NCBI GenBank assembly: GCA_036867785.1
Contig: CP145422.1
Location: 310,001 to 374,000, forward strand
Origin: Plasmodiophora brassicae
Taxonomy: Eukaryota
DNA length: 64,000 bases
Reading direction: 5' to 3'
The translations under genes were made by a program, and so were the position numbers. Below the pieces are notes generated by a model. That model saw only the letters and a program-made list of their open reading frames with translations. It did not search any database and was not told the origin of the DNA. Shown in pieces: positions 10,242-23,600 of the stretch. Every line of letters starts with the position of its first letter. Positions within the stretch are counted from its first letter, which is position 1.

Positions 10242-12874
10242 CAGGCCTCTTAAATTTAGCATTTTGCTAAAAAGTCTAATATCCAGAATTTTAGATATGA
10301 AATGCGATCCAGGATGAGCCATTTTAGACATTCAGATGTTTACTAGATAAGCAGACGGAGCTGAGCGAACTAGTTGTGGTCAGATACCACCCAAGATGGT
10401 CTCCTTGCATTGCAGCTTAGACTCCAACGAAAAGTCTGTCAACGATTTGCTGAACTTGTCCTTCTCGAACTTCAGACTGCTGAAGTCAGCCTCAACTGTT
10501 GCAGTATTCGGAAGAATGGATGCCAGTCCTCCGACGAAACGGCAGAGGTCACCATAACGATCACGAATGCCTTCTATTGCCCAAGCGTCGTCGAATGTTG
10601 TTTGGTCATTGCACCGAGAAAGGGCAGTTCGCATTCGTGCGCTGCTGTCGTATTGGGCTTTCAGAGCCTTATGCTGCGAGACGATCTTGGTCACATCGTC
10701 TTCGGCCCAGCTCGCCAGCAGGCGATCTTTGTGTTTCTTGATGATGGCAACAAGTTCACGACCCTGCAGGTGTACGAGCTCATGCGGCAGTACCGGAATG
10801 GTGACCTTCTCAGTCACCGTATCGTCTGTCGCAACGATCGCCAGAACACCAGACATAATCCCTGACAGTAACGTCGCCGTAGAGTGGACCACAAAGTCGA
10901 CATCCTCGACGTCCAGGCCTTCAACCGCCTCCGCCTCAAAGAGGCCCTGATCCATCAACATCCCCTTCAGACTGTCCTTCCGGAAAGTCCACGGGCCGAT
11001 GACAATCATATCAGCGAACTCGTCGATACACAGAGCGGTCGTTGGGCGAGATTCGGTTGCGAACGCCAGCTTCTTCACCTGATGAAAAAGCCCACGAAGT
11101 TCAGCGAACTGGTGCCCGAGAAGCGCCTCCTTGCCCTGACAGCGTGCAACCGTTTCGCTGGCCATGACTGCGACGACGTTCAACGCTGAGTTCGTCAACC
11201 ACCAGCGCTGCGATGGGGCACCAGACCGGCCATGATAGTGCTTCATCAGCCTGTCCCTGTTCGAATGGAAGAATGTGGTTACCCGTGCCATTGATGACCA
11301 TCGCGTCTTGGACAGCGCTGGGCAAGTCTCACCCATCTCGCCAATCAGAGAGTACTGACGCCTGAGGTGCGAGATGGTAGCAGTTGTTTGGCGGTAGAAA
11401 TGGCCCCCATCGAAATTCTGGTAGGAGTCTTGCAGGACCAAGTCCAACTGATGCAAGTAGCACCAGATTCGCACAAACCCAGGAAGAGCCACCGCTTGCA
11501 ATCGTGTCTGTACGCCTGATAATCGGCCTGCGATAGAGATATCGAAATCAGGTCATGCTCTGGAGTTCCATTTGTTATCCTTACCTGTCATATTAGCAGC
11601 ACCGTCGGTTGAACTGCCGATAATGTGCTTTGTCCACGTTGGACAGAGAACATCGAAGAGTTGGCACACCATGTTGAACATGGCCTCGCCGGTATGCGAG
11701 CCAAACAACGGAGCGGCAATGACATGTCGATTCTGCATCCGGCCGGCGTCGCAGAATCGAACCCGTACATCGATATAGCCAGTACCGTCGCACACCGCGC
11801 CATCGAGTGCAATCGAGAAAGCCCATTGACGACGAAGACAAGAAGCGAGCGACTGGAAGTTTGCAGCACACTGGATGCGCGCGAACGTTGCAACTTTAAC
11901 TTCCGAAGCGCACCCAAGCTTCGCATACCCAGTAACAAGCTTCGCATCATTGACCGCAGAGGTGGCCATCCGGAACGACATCCCCCGGGCAAGGAAACGG
12001 ATTACCAGTTGGAACTGTTTCGCCTCCTTTACGGTCGCAGTGTAACCCGAGCCAGTGTCATCGCGTTGGAAAATTGACATTGCCTTGGTGTAAGCCAAGG
12101 TACCAACGTTCTCAGGACGCCACAGAAGCTGACCGATCAAGGCATCAACGATCGGTTTGTCGAACTTGAATTCCAACTGTTCCGAGCGGGCGCCGAAGTA
12201 AAAAGGCAGAGTTTCAGCCTCCTTGACGGGCACGTCGAAGAACACAGCCTTCTCCGCATCGGACAGGGTTTGATACGTCGCCCACTTGCTGGCGTGTTGC
12301 TTCTCAAGATGAACGCGATAATTGTAAGTCCTGAATGGTGGCCCTTTAAACGTCCATTGCGTTTTACACGTTTCGACCTCGCGACCGAAGGTGATGCAGA
12401 AGCGACACTTGACTCCCGTAACGGCGGACGTGCCGGGGTCTCGGTCGCTGATCACCAGACCATACTGTTGCCGATGGTTCAGCTTAAAGCCGCCCGACAA
12501 CTTCTTTGGTGGGTTGTCATCAGCATTGTCAGGAGCCGCGCGTTCTATATCCAAATTACTACGTCACAAACAGCAGAGAGCAAAGGGTCATTCCACAACT
12601 CACTCAACGACGCTGATGGTTCAGCAGGTGCCCCACCGCCAGTCGTCGATACCGGCGCAGACGACGACGTCGACCTCATCTTCGCGCTCCCAACGCAGTT
12701 CAACGGACAACAATTGTGCGTCACACAACTCCGAGCGGTCGGAGAGGCGCGAAATGCCTTCCCGAAGACCTGTGCAGTCCAGTTCTGAACTTTCGAAATT
12801 TTAGCTATTTTGAGAGACCCGAAATTAGACATTTTAGACATTTTCAGCAAAAAATGCTAAACTTAAGAGGCCTG
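10242..12874 (-). mobile_element. hAT-superfamily DNA transposon
   Basis: TIR CAGGCCTCTTAA(A/G)TTTAGCATTTT at both ends; TSD TGACCAT at 10235-10241 and 12875-12881; subterminal ATTTTAGA repeats. Confidence 0.93.
10380..12554 (-). CDS. hAT transposase (spliced; true start probably further upstream)
   Basis: SIALDG, STDGAANM, WCYLH (CxxH), SKTRWSS, PNTATVEADFS; GT-AG intron 11528-11584 joins the two ORFs in frame (MTG|RLSGVQTRL). Confidence 0.88.
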
Positions 12875-12881
12875 TGACCAT

Positions 12882-15800
12882 GCATGTGACATTATTGGCT
12901 CGTTCGACGGAGAGTGGAATGTTCAAGTCAACTCGACGGGAGCCGTGGTGTCGTCCAGTGAGGACTTCCCCGTTATGTCAATGGCCCTCCTTGGCCGGGT
13001 TGTTGTCTTTTCTCTCGGCCTAATTGGGGCCTGCCTGATTCCCTGTCTGTATTGCTACAATGCGATAAGATTGTTTGGGTGGGCGTTCAGATCAAGCAGG
13101 ACCTTGCCCGACTGCTTACGCGTTGGCCTGCTGTTTTTCGGCGCAGGCCTCGCATCACTGAGGATGCTGATCTTGCGGTGTCGGTGGGCATAGATCCTCC
13201 ACCTGCTGGAGGGACCCTAGCGGATTGGACCGCCCATATTCTTGGCAAGTGTATCTCGAAGCCGTCGCTACGAACACCACCGATTTGGAACATGACCATG
13301 GAAGCAGACGCTGTTGAATACACTGCAACAGATGCTGAGGTGGGGAGGCAGATTGGGGAAGAGATCATCAAAAGGAGGCCGCTGTGGCTGACGACTGAGG
13401 AAGTCGAAGACGCGGCATCCAACGGTACAATGGCAAAGACAGGGCGGCGGCCAACGATCATCGCAACTGGCTCGGTCATAACGTCTCCTAGTAGCAACGA
13501 CATCGAACAATGGGGCGGAAGAACAAAACCAGATCCATCCAAGGGCAGACGCATGGTCCGCATTTTAGACGTGAAGGCTCCCGCTGCCACTTTGCGGTAT
13601 AGCGCCAGATAGCGGCTATCTCTGCGTGATTATGGTTCACCGCCGTTCATCATCGTGGCTGATATCCGTGTCCTACGACGGCCACAGCCGGTTTTCGCTT
13701 CACTACAACGAGACTCTGTCGATCCAGAAATCTTAAGTAAGCTGACCCAACAGTTTCTAAGCGCAACCGGTATTTTTGACGTCGACGACTGCAGGCGCCC
13801 AAACTACTGATGTTTTACATTTAGGTATTGTCAACCTTCAATCTGAGTGTTACGTTGCTTACGTTTGGGACTCGCAGCTTGCAACCTCGACCAGGACACC
13901 CGGGAAGCGGTGACAAAGTCTCTACACGAGGCTGAAGACCTTGTCAGGTTGCTCGAAGAGTGCGATGATGACACTGAGCGAGCCGAACTCTCGGAAAGGC
14001 TTGCCCAACTGCGCTCCCGTGTGCAAAGTAGGTTCGATGCAACGGATTCTGACGTCAGCACCGATCCTCAGAGAGTGTACTCGCGTGTGCTGTGCGATGT
14101 ATTCCATCTAATGTATCGTGTGTCGCCGAGCAAGCGCCACGCGCTTGCGTTCTCTTTCGCGACAGACCTCCGGGAAGCGTTCTTTGTTGCAAACGCTGCT
14201 CAAGCCGCTGAAGTGAAAAGCAAACTGGAAAGAGCAGGACGGAAGCTTATGGAGTTTCCGAAGTCTTGGAAGGACCGCCGCATCAACAGGTGTGTGCCTA
14301 CTCCTCCAGTTTTGTACTTGCGCGTCAAACGCGTACTCGAGTTTTATAAGGATCTGGTCGATCAGAAATCTGGTCAACCACTTTTCACCCGCACACAATG
14401 GGATATCTGCCTGAACGTGCTGGAGTACATTCGACTAGGTGGGTTGCTTGTTTCTGTTATGAGTGTCGTACTTCGTTCGCTGGATAACTGAGCATTGTAT
14501 ATGTGCACATGTGCTAGGTTGCGTTAGCGATTTACCCGGGGTCACATATTTCTTCGTGAGACACGACAAGTTCGGCATCCCTGTCTACAGGTGCTGCCGT
14601 GGTACCAACCTGTTGGAATCGTTCCACCAGAAAGTGATCATGAAATGCCTTTCGTTTCGGCTCGGCCCGGAGGAAATTTCCATGTTTCTGCTGGAACTCA
14701 TTCACCGGTGGAACACTCGGATGAAGCGCCGCAACCTTGCCAAGTACCCTGATTTGGGCCATTTCGACAATTGGCTGCACGATCAAGTTCAGGAACTTTG
14801 TTTGGAGTACACAGGAGTGCAGAGGAACCCGTTCTGGGTCTGTTCCTCGAACTTCGTCGCTACCGACGAAAGTTTCGGCATCTGTCCTGTATCCACTAAC
14901 ACGGAGTGGAATGTGACGTCCACGTCGCACCCCCATCTTGCGTGTTTACGCCTGCAAGGCGCCAGTAAGCGATTCCTCGCCGACCGGCAGGGCGTCCTGG
15001 TTCCCTTCCTACCTGTTCATACGAAGCAGGAACGGGCTCTGTACAGCCAACTCCACGATCAATCAGTTGCATCGAATCAAAGACGAAAGCGACCCAACTT
15101 CAACTGGATGGCCAAAGAGTGGTTCCTGAAGGTCGACGGGAAGCACATCTTCGCAAAGGCAAAGACTCCAGAAGCTCTGCGTTTCTATTACTCCAAGTTC
15201 GCGAAGGTGCGCAACCGCGACCGTTCAGAGTTGGTTGACATCTCTGGACGTCATCAGCTTCGTCTTTCTCTGGGAATATCATCGGATGATTTGCAGGCGC
15301 TAATTCCTCTCCCATCTGATCATCAAAGTGTGTTGGACACCGTTATCGATGGTTCACGCTCGAATCGCCAACTGGAACCGCCGCCAATTCCCATTGTTCC
15401 GTCGATCCATATTGAAGGGCGCACACCTCCGACTGTGGTTCCTTTAGAACCCGTTTCTGCTCCGCGGCCTCAACGAAAGTCTCGAGCGTGCCGTAGCCGT
15501 CTTGTTGACGGTTCAGTTTGCAACAGGGTTGGCTGCCCTGGGGCACGGCGCAGAAAAGAGTGCGCAAACCCTCTAGCATCCTGTAAGTCCATGTGTTATG
15601 GACTTATGGTGTCCGCGCGACCCCTTTTTACCTGACGTGTATAAATGTACAGCCGAGGTCTTGACTGCACTGCTACCGGATATTGCCAACGACGGTAACG
15701 TTCGTGACGTTTACCCTGTTGATACAGCTCTGATCTCCCGCCAGGTGCCATTGTTGCTCCCGGTATCCCTTGTATTCCAAGTACGAGAGCGATAATCGTT
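12882..15800 (+). mobile_element. Decayed DDE transposase gene, DxxH type (MULE-like), 5' part displaced by nested insertions
   Basis: RVLCDVFHLM (DxxH) and YRCCRGTNLLESFH motifs; intron-like breaks near 13770-13825, 14440-14517 and 15583-15652; stop at 13610. Superfamily uncertain. Confidence 0.65.
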
Positions 15801-16608
15801 GATTCCGGTAAGCACGAACGCTGGATACGCATGTGGGTTTGTAAGTAACGTCTACTACTGCCTCAGCTATGGTCGTCGAGCATGTTAACCGTATTTCCGA
15901 TGACAGTAATCCCGTGGCAACGGTTGCATTGGTACGTTGCTGTCCAAATGTGAACAATCGTGCTTGTTAACTTAATAATTCTGATATGCTTAGGCTACCA
16001 GCTTCGCGGCTAACACTGTGTAATAAAAACGTTTAGGTCTGCTCGCAATATACCCCACACGACCTCGATTCTTGTTTATCCAGCCCTAGCACGGCGTGTC
16101 CAGTTCGTCCGTTTGCGTGCCAAGAATAAACGCCAAGAACGAGACAAAGTCAGTTTCGAACTCGTCTCGCCGGAAGGAATCCAACGAACGAAACTCTGAC
16201 GTACAAAACTTTATATCTGCCAAATATTACATTTAACAAGACCCCCACCCCCAAATAACAGCGAGCGGAAAGTCCGCGGAGAACATTAGGGGGGGGGGTC
16301 ATATTCTTTGTAAAATACGGTAGGTACATAGTGCGCTGCTGAGGAGCCCAATTAGGTGCCGGCTGAGTCGCGAAGACGACTCGACCGTTACAAACAAGGT
16401 ACCTTGTGTTGATGCTGTCCAACGCGTCGTCTCCGTCTAATGTTGCAAATAGATGCCCATCAAGTATGACAGCATATTGAATTCGCCCGCGCCGCGGATG
16501 TTGGTTCGCAAGCGACCGCATGCGTCGACGCCAGGAGCTTTTAGTGAAAGTCCTGCCGCGACGTGACAATCAAGCCACTGCTATACAGTCAATCCAAAAC
16601 GAGCAAAT

Positions 16609-17450
16609 TGTAGTCCGGGTCCTATATTTAGCCCCTCATCACCTACGTCAGCTACATCATGCAGATATTCGCATGCGCCATATATCCATGTTCCCAAGAT
16701 ATACAGTGATTAAGAGCACACGCTCGCGCGCGCTGCCGGCGGGACGAGGAGAGTACGGGATCGATCGTTGCTAAAGGGCATTCGTCTATCGTATTATCAA
16801 CTGACGAACTAGCATCAGTCCACGACAGCGACTCGAGGGCATGGTTGAATCCGGGACAACCGAGTTCGACTCGGCGTATCCCCTATGTCCTCGACTCGGG
16901 CTGTGATGGGGGAAACCTCATGGCTGGACGTACACGTTGCGGCGAAGTTGACTGGCCCCACATTCGAAGTCATCGAGCCTCGGGAGATCACAGCAGCCGA
17001 AGACCAAGTCGCTCTCGCATCGTCACTGTTCCAGTTACGAAACTCGAAACCGAAGCTGGCAACCTCACCCTGTACCATGATGACTACTACGTCTGTGATG
17101 CTATTCCAGTCGTCCTATTTCGGCGACACTCTGCTTTCCATGATTGGCATCAGTTCACGACAGCGACTCGAGGGCATGATCGAATCCGGCACAACCGAGT
17201 TCGACGCCAGGTTGTCTGGATGTGCTATGTTCGATGTGGACTCGTTCGACACCATCAGCAGAATCGTTGCAAGAACGGCAACGCTAAGCGGCGACACACG
17301 GACTGATGCCAATCATGGAAAGCAGAGTGTCGCCGAATAGAATGACTGGAATAGCATCACTGAAGTAGTAGGCAACATTGTACAGGATGAGGTTGCCATC
17401 TCCGGTTTCGAGTTTCGTGACTGGAACAGTGACGATGCGAGAGCTGACTG
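16609..17450 (+). mobile_element. Scrambled remnant of a family A relative (diverged LTR plus protease fragments in direct and inverted order)
   Basis: tgtagtccgggtcctatatttagc LTR start at 16609; RRIPYVLDSGCDGGNL; 17302-17450 is the reverse complement of about 17007-17154. Confidence 0.85.
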
Positions 17451-17618
17451 AAATGACAATGAGCCTGCGCCGTCTGGTGACAAGCATGCACAAGACTTAC
17501 ATTGTCAACTGGACGGTGCCTAAGGATGTAATACCATCGACTCACCAGCTTGTAATTGACGTCAAGATGATGGATCCACTGCGAGCGAAATACATGATCA
17601 ATCCGACGCAGTTGGCGG

Positions 17619-20600
17619 TATAGTGTCTTCCGTCAAGCCTCGGGTGACACAATAGACGAATGCCGTTTATCCACCATCGATCCCGTACCCCGCTCTCCCA
17701 CCAGCGGCGCACGTGATCGCGTGCTCTCGATCCCCGCATATCTCGACACATGAATCTCTGGCGCATGTGAATATCTGGAGGATGCTGATGCTGACGTAGG
17801 TGATGAGGAGCTAAATATAGGACCCCGGACTACACTGCCTTTTCCCGAACTCAGAACCGGAGTCAGAGGAGCAGTCGAGAGGAGAATGACGGACGAAGAC
17901 GCAGGGTAGTGTGAGACTCGAGTGCAGAACACCCACTACTCACTAAAAACCACCTTGTAACCCCATGGGACAAATCGGTGGAAAATCCATTTACGGACAC
18001 CCTCTTCGAGACCGTCTTCCACCTATGCATACACGATTTAGCGTATCAAAGAACCTCAGGTACCTTGACCGAGTGCAAAGTAGCAAACGACGACATCAGC
18101 AATGGTGCGCTCGACCCCCATGGGTGGAGCCCGGTCCATATACATCTAGAAAGTGTCATTCACCTAGCTCAGCGGCCGACCCCCATGGGTGGACCCCCAG
18201 CGCAACAGGAGCCTCGACATCAGTACTCCCTGACAGAGTCAATCCTGCGGTGAAGAGGAACTTAATAGATGCTGCCGAATGCCTCGCGAGATGGACAGCA
18301 CGTAGTCCATCGAACAACATTGACCGTGGTGCACATGGCAACCAGCCAGGTCAAATCGACCGTGGTCCCGTGGGCAACCAGCCAAGTCGAACCGAACTTT
18401 GACCGTGGTGCACCGAGCAACCAGCCAAGTCAAACCGACCGTGGTGCCCAAAGCAACCAGCCAAGTCGAACCATGGTTACGTTGCCGTCAACCAGGTTGG
18501 ATTGTCATGAGAGACCAATCCATGATCATGATCATCATCGTATCGTCCACCCGCGAACAGATACGGTATCGAGATTAATTCAAAGTGATGGTACAGGTTA
18601 AGATCGTCGCTTCTTTCGATGCGATGTTGCATTCCGAGTGCGAGAGCGTTTCGGCGCCGGAATCAATTGCCTCAATGCATCAACGTGTGCATGAGTGTCG
18701 CCCAGTTTCCGAATAAGTTGTTCCACAAGGTGCGGTACATCTTCGGCGATAAGTGCTGCAGGCTCCCAAGTAGCCTCAGATGGGTCGAAGCCGGACCAAG
18801 CGACTTTGATCTGCAACTCCTGAGTTTCGCGATCGATACGACAATCGAGAAGGTCGTCAACGTGGAACTGCTGGTCAAGCCGCTCAAGGTGCTGCTTGAT
18901 TTCGGTGGTGATGTTGAGATCGGCGTCCGCATAGCGGCGGATGCGTTGCGTGTGTGCTTGGAAGCGCCGTGCAGTCAACAGGTCTTCGAGTTCGTAGACC
19001 TGGTCATTGACGCGTTGAACAACTCGGTAGGGGCCGCGCCACTGCGCAATCAACTTCTGTGCGGGTCCGGGGACGGGCTTCGCGTTCAAGACGTAGTCGC
19101 CCGGGATGAACGACTCGCATTGGGCCTTCCTCACGTGTCGCGAGCGTTGCCGTACATTGGACGCGTGCCTCGCCTCCCTGGCTTCATCGACGACCTTATG
19201 GAGTTCGTCCATAACGGTCTGCAGTGCTGACAGGTACGTCGCCACCCATCCCGGAGAGATCGGCCGCAGCTGATTGCATGCCGGATCCCAGATGTTGTCC
19301 AGAGGGTGCTCGGGTTTCAACTTGGTGACGACCGTGAACGGCGCGAAACCTCCGAGGCGTGTGCTCGGCGAATGGTTGATGGCGTGTTGCACCAATGGGC
19401 AGAGGTAGGGCCAGCTGTGCGTGCTGATCTGCCCCTCACTCAGAACGCTTCGTAGGATGCCAACGATAGTGCGATTGGCGCGTTCAACAGTCCCGTTTGC
19501 CCATGGACAGTACGCCAACGTTATATGATGCTCGACGTCTCGCAGCCTGGTCAGCTCCTTGATGAGTTCGGCGGTAAAGTGAGATCCGCCATCGGTGACA
19601 AGATATTGTGGTGTTTTGAAGTCGGCAATCCATTGGAATAGTGCCTCTGCCGCAACTCGGCTGGTCGCGTCGGCGCATGGAATCAATCGGACGAGACCAC
19701 TGAAGTCGTCCTTCATCACGAGGATGTACTTGTAAGAATGATCGGTTCCTCGAACTGGTTCGACGTACAAGTAATCCATGTGCAGGACCTCGAATGGAAT
19801 GTGGCCATGCAACGCTTCTCCAAGCGGACGCGGAACCTTCGCTCCTCCCCGCGTCGTGATGCAATGAAGACACTGCTGGCACATCTGCTTAATGTCCTTG
19901 TCCATGCCCGGCCAAGCGAATCGCGTTGTGATTGCCTCCTTGGTAACGTCGTACGCGCGATGAGCAGCACTGGCACAATGACCAATGATCATGATGCGTA
20001 GGCGCAAGCTGGTGCAGTCGTTGTGATTCGGGATCAGAACGGCGTTCGTTTTCGACTTCCACAAACGAGCGTCATCATCGAAGAACACGCCGTCCTCGAT
20101 CTTCTCTTCACGCGACAATAGCCTTTGCGATTCGCGAATTTCGGTCTCGGTCGGCCATTGGAAATCGGGATGCGTCATCGGCGTTACGCGAAGATCGTCC
20201 ATCTGCAAGATGCACGTTGCCCGGCACGCCAGTGCGATTCGTCCTGCGCCCCATCGAGATAAAAGGTCGGCCCAGACGTTGGCAGTGCCGGAGATCTCCT
20301 TGGTACGGTAATCAAACCCTTGGAGATGTAGCGCCCAGCGCTCGATTTTCTGAGCGGTGTGCTTCTTCATCTCAGCGTCCTTCGCGAAGATGAACGTGAG
20401 GTTCCGGTGGTCGCAGAACATGAGGAATTCACGCGACGTCTGCAGAAGGAAGTCACCACGTTCAGTCGCCTTGATGATGGCGGCTGCCTCCTTCTCCGGT
20501 GTTGACCATCGCAACTCAGCTCCCGAGAACCGCTTGCCGTAGAAAGCAAGTGGTTCGTGTCGTTGTTCATGAACTGGTAGGTCGATATCCTCCCTCGGAA

Positions 20601-23600
20601 TCTGGGTAATGACCGCAGCCCATGCTAGGTCACTGGCGTCCGTGAACAAGCATGTCTGGTGATCAGACTTCGGGTACGCGAGCTGGACGTGCTGGATCAG
20701 CGCAAAGCGTATGTCCTCGAAGGCCTTGCTGTGCCGGTCTGTCCATCCAAGATCATGTAACCGAATCGACGAAGATGACGAAGACTGGATTCTCTTCATC
20801 TCCTCGTTCGCCTTGTCCGTGAGCTCCTGGAGCGGGGCGATGATGTACGCGTAACCGGGAACACTGATACGCATCCAGTTGGCCGCCCAGATGAACTGCT
20901 GTAGCTCTTTGAAAGTGTTAGGACGCGGCATGTTGGTCAGCGCTTCGATTCGTTCAGGATCGTGTCGGATTCCATCACGAGAGTAGATGCGCCCACACCA
21001 CTTCAGCTCTCGAGCGAATAGGACGCATTTGTCCGGGTTGAACTTCAAGTTGCGTTCGCGTGCTCGCTCCAAGACACGTGCAAGCTGATGCAGTAGAATG
21101 TCTTCCGTTTTGGCGAATCCCAGCAGGTCGTCGATCCCTATCAAGAGGTGATCCTTCATGTCGTCGAAGATCTTCCCGATCCGCGCCTGGAACTGCAAGG
21201 CAGAGTTGGTCGCGCCCTGAATGCTCCTGGTAGGCGTGTAGACGCCGTCGTCGGTCATAAACGAGAAGATCTCCTGGCATTCCTTCGCAATTGGCATGAG
21301 CCAGAACCCCTTGTGGGCATCGATCGTGAAGAAGCAGGTCATGCCAGCCAGCTTCCGACTAGCCGCCTCGATGTTGGGCATCGGCCAAGCAGTTGGTACC
21401 GTACGCGAGTTCACCTGGCGCAGATCGACGCACAGGCGGTACCCCTTGCCGTTCGGTTTCTTGACCACAAGAACGGGACTCGCCCATCTGGAGTTCATGT
21501 TGAGGTAGACCAGATTGTTTTCCAACAGCATCTTGATCATCTCGTCGAGGAACTCCTTTTGCTTCGGGTTGTAGGAGCGTGGTCTGCATCGGTACGGCGT
21601 GGCGTCTGGTTGAAGCTTGGTAATCATAGGTTCGATGTTGACGGGACCGTCCTGACCAAGCTGTGTGCGGAATTCGTTGACGTGTCGTCGAAGGATGAGT
21701 CGTAGCCGTGCAACCCCTTGACGAGACATGCCGTTGAGGCGTGCTTGATGTATCAGGCGGGTGAGGGATGCCTCAATCTCTTGAACGTTGATCGGCCCTA
21801 AGTCGACATCACTGGAGGTAGGTTCCGCCGCATCGTGTACATGTGGCGCCTGATACGTGTCGCCGCTCAACGTCGCCATCCTTGCAACGATTTCACTGAC
21901 GGCGTCGAACGACTCCACATCGAACATGGCGCATCCAGATAGTCTGGCATCAAACTCGGTGGTGCCGGATGCGATCATGTCCTCGAGTTGCTGACGTGGA
22001 CTGATGCCGATCATAGAGAGTAGTGTGTCGCCGAATAAGATGACTGGAATAGCGTCGCAGACATAGTAGGCAACATGGTACAGGGTGAGATTCCCAGCTT
22101 TGGTTTCGAGTTTCGTCACTGGAACGGTGACGATGCGGGTGCTGACGGCAATGACTTGGTCGTCGGCTGATGCGATTTCTCGGGGCTCGATAACCTCGAA
22201 CGTGGCGCCCTTCAACTCATTCGCAACGTGTTCAGGTATGAGGTTTCCCCCATCACAGCCAGAGTCTAGAACATAAGGGATACGCCTTCCCTCGATCTCT
22301 ACTTGCTGTGTCACGTGCTGGATCCCAGTGTAGGCGCGAGTTTTGGCGACTTTAATCGGTCGACGTCCATCGGGATGATGTCCGCCTGCGGGCCGATGAT
22401 GACGTGCGAGCTCATTGCGCCTTTCTCTCGTCGGCTTCTCTGGGCACATCGACATCTTATGTGGCCCAGAGCAGTGCCAGCATTTGAAGTCGCGCTTGCC
22501 ATCAGTCGTCCCCGTCATCTGGCTGCTGTCACTTGTCGCAGTCGGTTCGCGGTTGCGCTTGGGAGCGTTCACGGTCACTGGATGTGGGCCCGATTGCCGG
22601 TTGGCGGGCACAGGGCGATGGGCTGGTACGCGGCGTCCACCTGAAGTTGTCGCAGCGGGAGTCAGCTTGCTCTGCTTGTCGGCGAGTCGCAGTTCGGAAC
22701 ACGTCTTCCGAGGACGCTTGATCGATGCGTTGCGGGCGCGTCCGATCGCGACGAAGTGCCTCGCCCAATCCTGCGCCTCGCGAACGATCGCCCTGGTATT
22801 GCCTTCACGTTCGGCCTTGTCCTCCTTGACCCATGCCTGTACGTGACCGCGGAGGTAGCCGGGCTGGAGCGAGTCAGCGATCAGGCGCCCCATGGCCTTG
22901 CGTCCTCCGGCGGTCTCGCTCAGCTTCCAACCGTGGCGGTCCTGGATGGCCGTCAGCTGGTCCGGGATTGACGCGATTTGATCTCGCAGGGTCGACATCG
23001 AGGTATCCATCGAAAGCTCATCCGCGATCTTGGACTCGATGTCCTGAATACGCAGCCCGTGGCTGGTGGGCAATGCGTTGACCTGGTCTCGGATCCATCC
23101 GTCCAGCAATTCGTCCGTCAACGCCTCGGCGCCGTCGTCCAGGTCCAGGTGATTTTCGGCAATGGCCTTCAACTGCACGGCGGTGAAGCACAGCCGGATG
23201 CCTTGCGGACGAAGTCGACGCCCCCGCGGCTGCTGCGCCTCCCGATCCTCGAAGATGGCGACGTAGCGGTTGTACGCCTCGCGCAGCGTCAGGATCGATG
23301 TCGAGTCAAGGTTGTTAGCCTTGGGCAGGATGCTCGCATCGGCGTTCGTAACGATGGTAGCGCTTGTCGAGCCGCCGCTGCTGCTGCTGCTTGTCAGCTC
23401 CATGTCGTGTCGTCGTCGGTGTCGTTCACGGAGAGTCAACGTACGACACGTAGTGGCCACTATAGTGTCTTCCGTCAAGCCTCGGGTGACACAATAGACG
23501 AATGCCGTTTATCCACCATCGATCCCGTACCCCGCTCTCCCACCAGCGGCGCACGTGATCGCGTGCTCTCGATCCCCGCATATCTCGACACATGAAGCTC

